This document shows positions 7,689 through 8,457 of a stretch of DNA of 8,457 bases, one piece after another. The position numbers were made by a program, and so were the translations under genes. Within the stretch, counting starts at the first letter, position 1. Each line of letters starts with the position of its first letter. The DNA lies in NCBI GenBank assembly GCA_043228905.1, contig JBHGNT010001439.1, positions 1-8,457 on the forward strand, given 5' to 3'. Under the pieces are notes generated by a model. It worked only from the letters and a program-made list of their open reading frames with translations, was not told the DNA's origin and ran no database searches. Source of the stretch: Azolla caroliniana. Taxonomy: Eukaryota > Plantae > Polypodiophyta.

Positions 7689-7966
7689 ACTGTGTCGTGC
7701 CCTTCGGCTCCGGATCGTTGCGTGAGTCGGGTGGGAACAGCCGAGGTTTTGGACTAGGAGGAAGAGGAATACAACTTAAGGCTAGTTATGAATAATAGGA
7801 AGAGAAGTAAGATAGTAACCTCGTGAATCCCACGAGTTTAGTGTAATTAAAACAATATTTAGATTATTAGAGCAATTAGATGGCAAAATTCGTGAATCCC
7901 ACGAATCTATTAGATTGATCAATTCTTCTATATTAATCAACAACCATATACATATTTTTCTCCTCC

Positions 7967-7973
7967 TTATATA
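7967..7973 (-). promoter_or_regulatory. TATA box of the 5' LTR (copy at 1596-1602 in the 3' LTR)
   Basis: Minus strand CTT-TATATAA-GGAGGAG is a typical LTR TATA context, oriented towards the PBS and gag. Confidence 0.65.
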
Positions 7974-8222
7974 AAGATGGAAGAGGCTAAGCATGGCTTC
8001 ATGCTTTTTCACCTAAAGTGCCCATGCACACTAAATGTGCATGTGATGTTTTGTCATTTCCTAAATATAGGGCTTGTGCACGCTAGATGTGCATGAGTCA
8101 CTTTTAATGTCACGTGTAAATAAAATATTCACACTCTAAAGAATACATGATTTTTACCTTTTAATAAAGGTATGTGTAAATAAAGGTCTTATACATATTA
8201 AATCTATATTTATAATACTAAA

Positions 8223-8310
8223 AATAAGTTATTACAATGGTAAAGTTGGGGTTTATCTACATGGAGGTGCATGGTTCGAATCTTGCCCTATGCACGTGAT
8301 AAATTCTTTT
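8223..8310 (+). other. tRNA-like Pol III promoter module (A box, B box, T4) in U3 of the 5' LTR
   Basis: A-box-like TATTACAATGGTA at 8230-8242, B box GGTTCGAATC at 8273-8282 and TTTT at 8307-8310. Box spacing equals that of a standard tRNA, but there is no intact cloverleaf. Confidence 0.5.
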
Positions 8311-8396
8311 GATATATTATTTATTTATTTATATGTATCTAAATTCGGATATATTATTTTATGGTTTTCACGTAGTGTGTGGAATACACTACGACA

Positions 8397-8400
8397 GCGT
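8397..8400. repeat. Target-site duplication GCGT (right copy)
   Basis: GCGT lies immediately after ACGACA at 8396. Confidence 0.9.
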
Positions 8401-8409
8401 CTCCCTCTC

Positions 8410-8416
8410 TTTTATA
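8410..8416 (-). promoter_or_regulatory. TATA box of the outer (interrupted) LTR
   Basis: Minus strand GC-TATAAAA-GAGAGGGAG is a typical plant LTR TATA context. Confidence 0.55.
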
Positions 8417-8457
8417 GCTTCAAGAGGGGAGCCGTTTCCCTCATTAACTTCCTACAT

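Larger units (their letters stand above)
1322..8396 (-). mobile_element. Full-length Ty3/gypsy LTR retrotransposon (7,075 bp, non-chromovirus type), coding-defective copy
   Basis: Paired 704-bp LTRs, TSD, PBS and PPT are present. Domain order is Gag-PR-RT-RH-INT on the minus strand, and no chromodomain is recognisable after the GPY motif. Confidence 0.98.
7693..8396 (-). repeat. 5' LTR of the gypsy element (704 bp)
   Basis: Direct repeat of 1322-2025 with TG...CA termini, followed on the minus strand by the PBS. Confidence 0.98.
8397..8457 (-). mobile_element. Continuation of the interrupted outer LTR (U3 side, contains TATA box)
   Basis: Joins 856-1321 across the GCGT duplication (...tctcccc GCGT ctccctctcttttatagc...). 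It does not resume copia integrase coding, and carries TATAAAA on the minus strand. Confidence 0.6.

Overview
Eukaryotic (plant-type) repeat DNA made of three nested LTR-retrotransposon layers, with no host gene. (1) A Ty1/copia pol fragment (+ strand, 2-855, integrase region) is cut off at 855. (2) A probable LTR of a second element (minus orientation, 856-1321, resuming at 8397-8457) interrupts it. (3) A complete 7,075-bp non-chromovirus Ty3/gypsy element (minus strand, 1322-8396) sits inside that LTR. The gypsy element has two 704-bp LTRs (9 differences by hand alignment), a 4-bp GCGT target-site duplication, a tRNA-Trp primer-binding site and a polypurine tract. Its ORF1 encodes Gag-protease with two in-frame TGA stops and its ORF2 encodes RT-RNaseH-integrase. 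Most notable: a slippery heptamer plus pseudoknot located after the protease rather than between gag and pro; a tRNA-like Pol III A/B-box module with a T4 terminator inside U3 of both LTRs; covarying tandem hairpins in the LTR; 4-bp RCGT target sites at both nested junctions; and strong CAG/CTG avoidance. A non-seed-plant (Phygy/Selgy-like) origin is only an inference.
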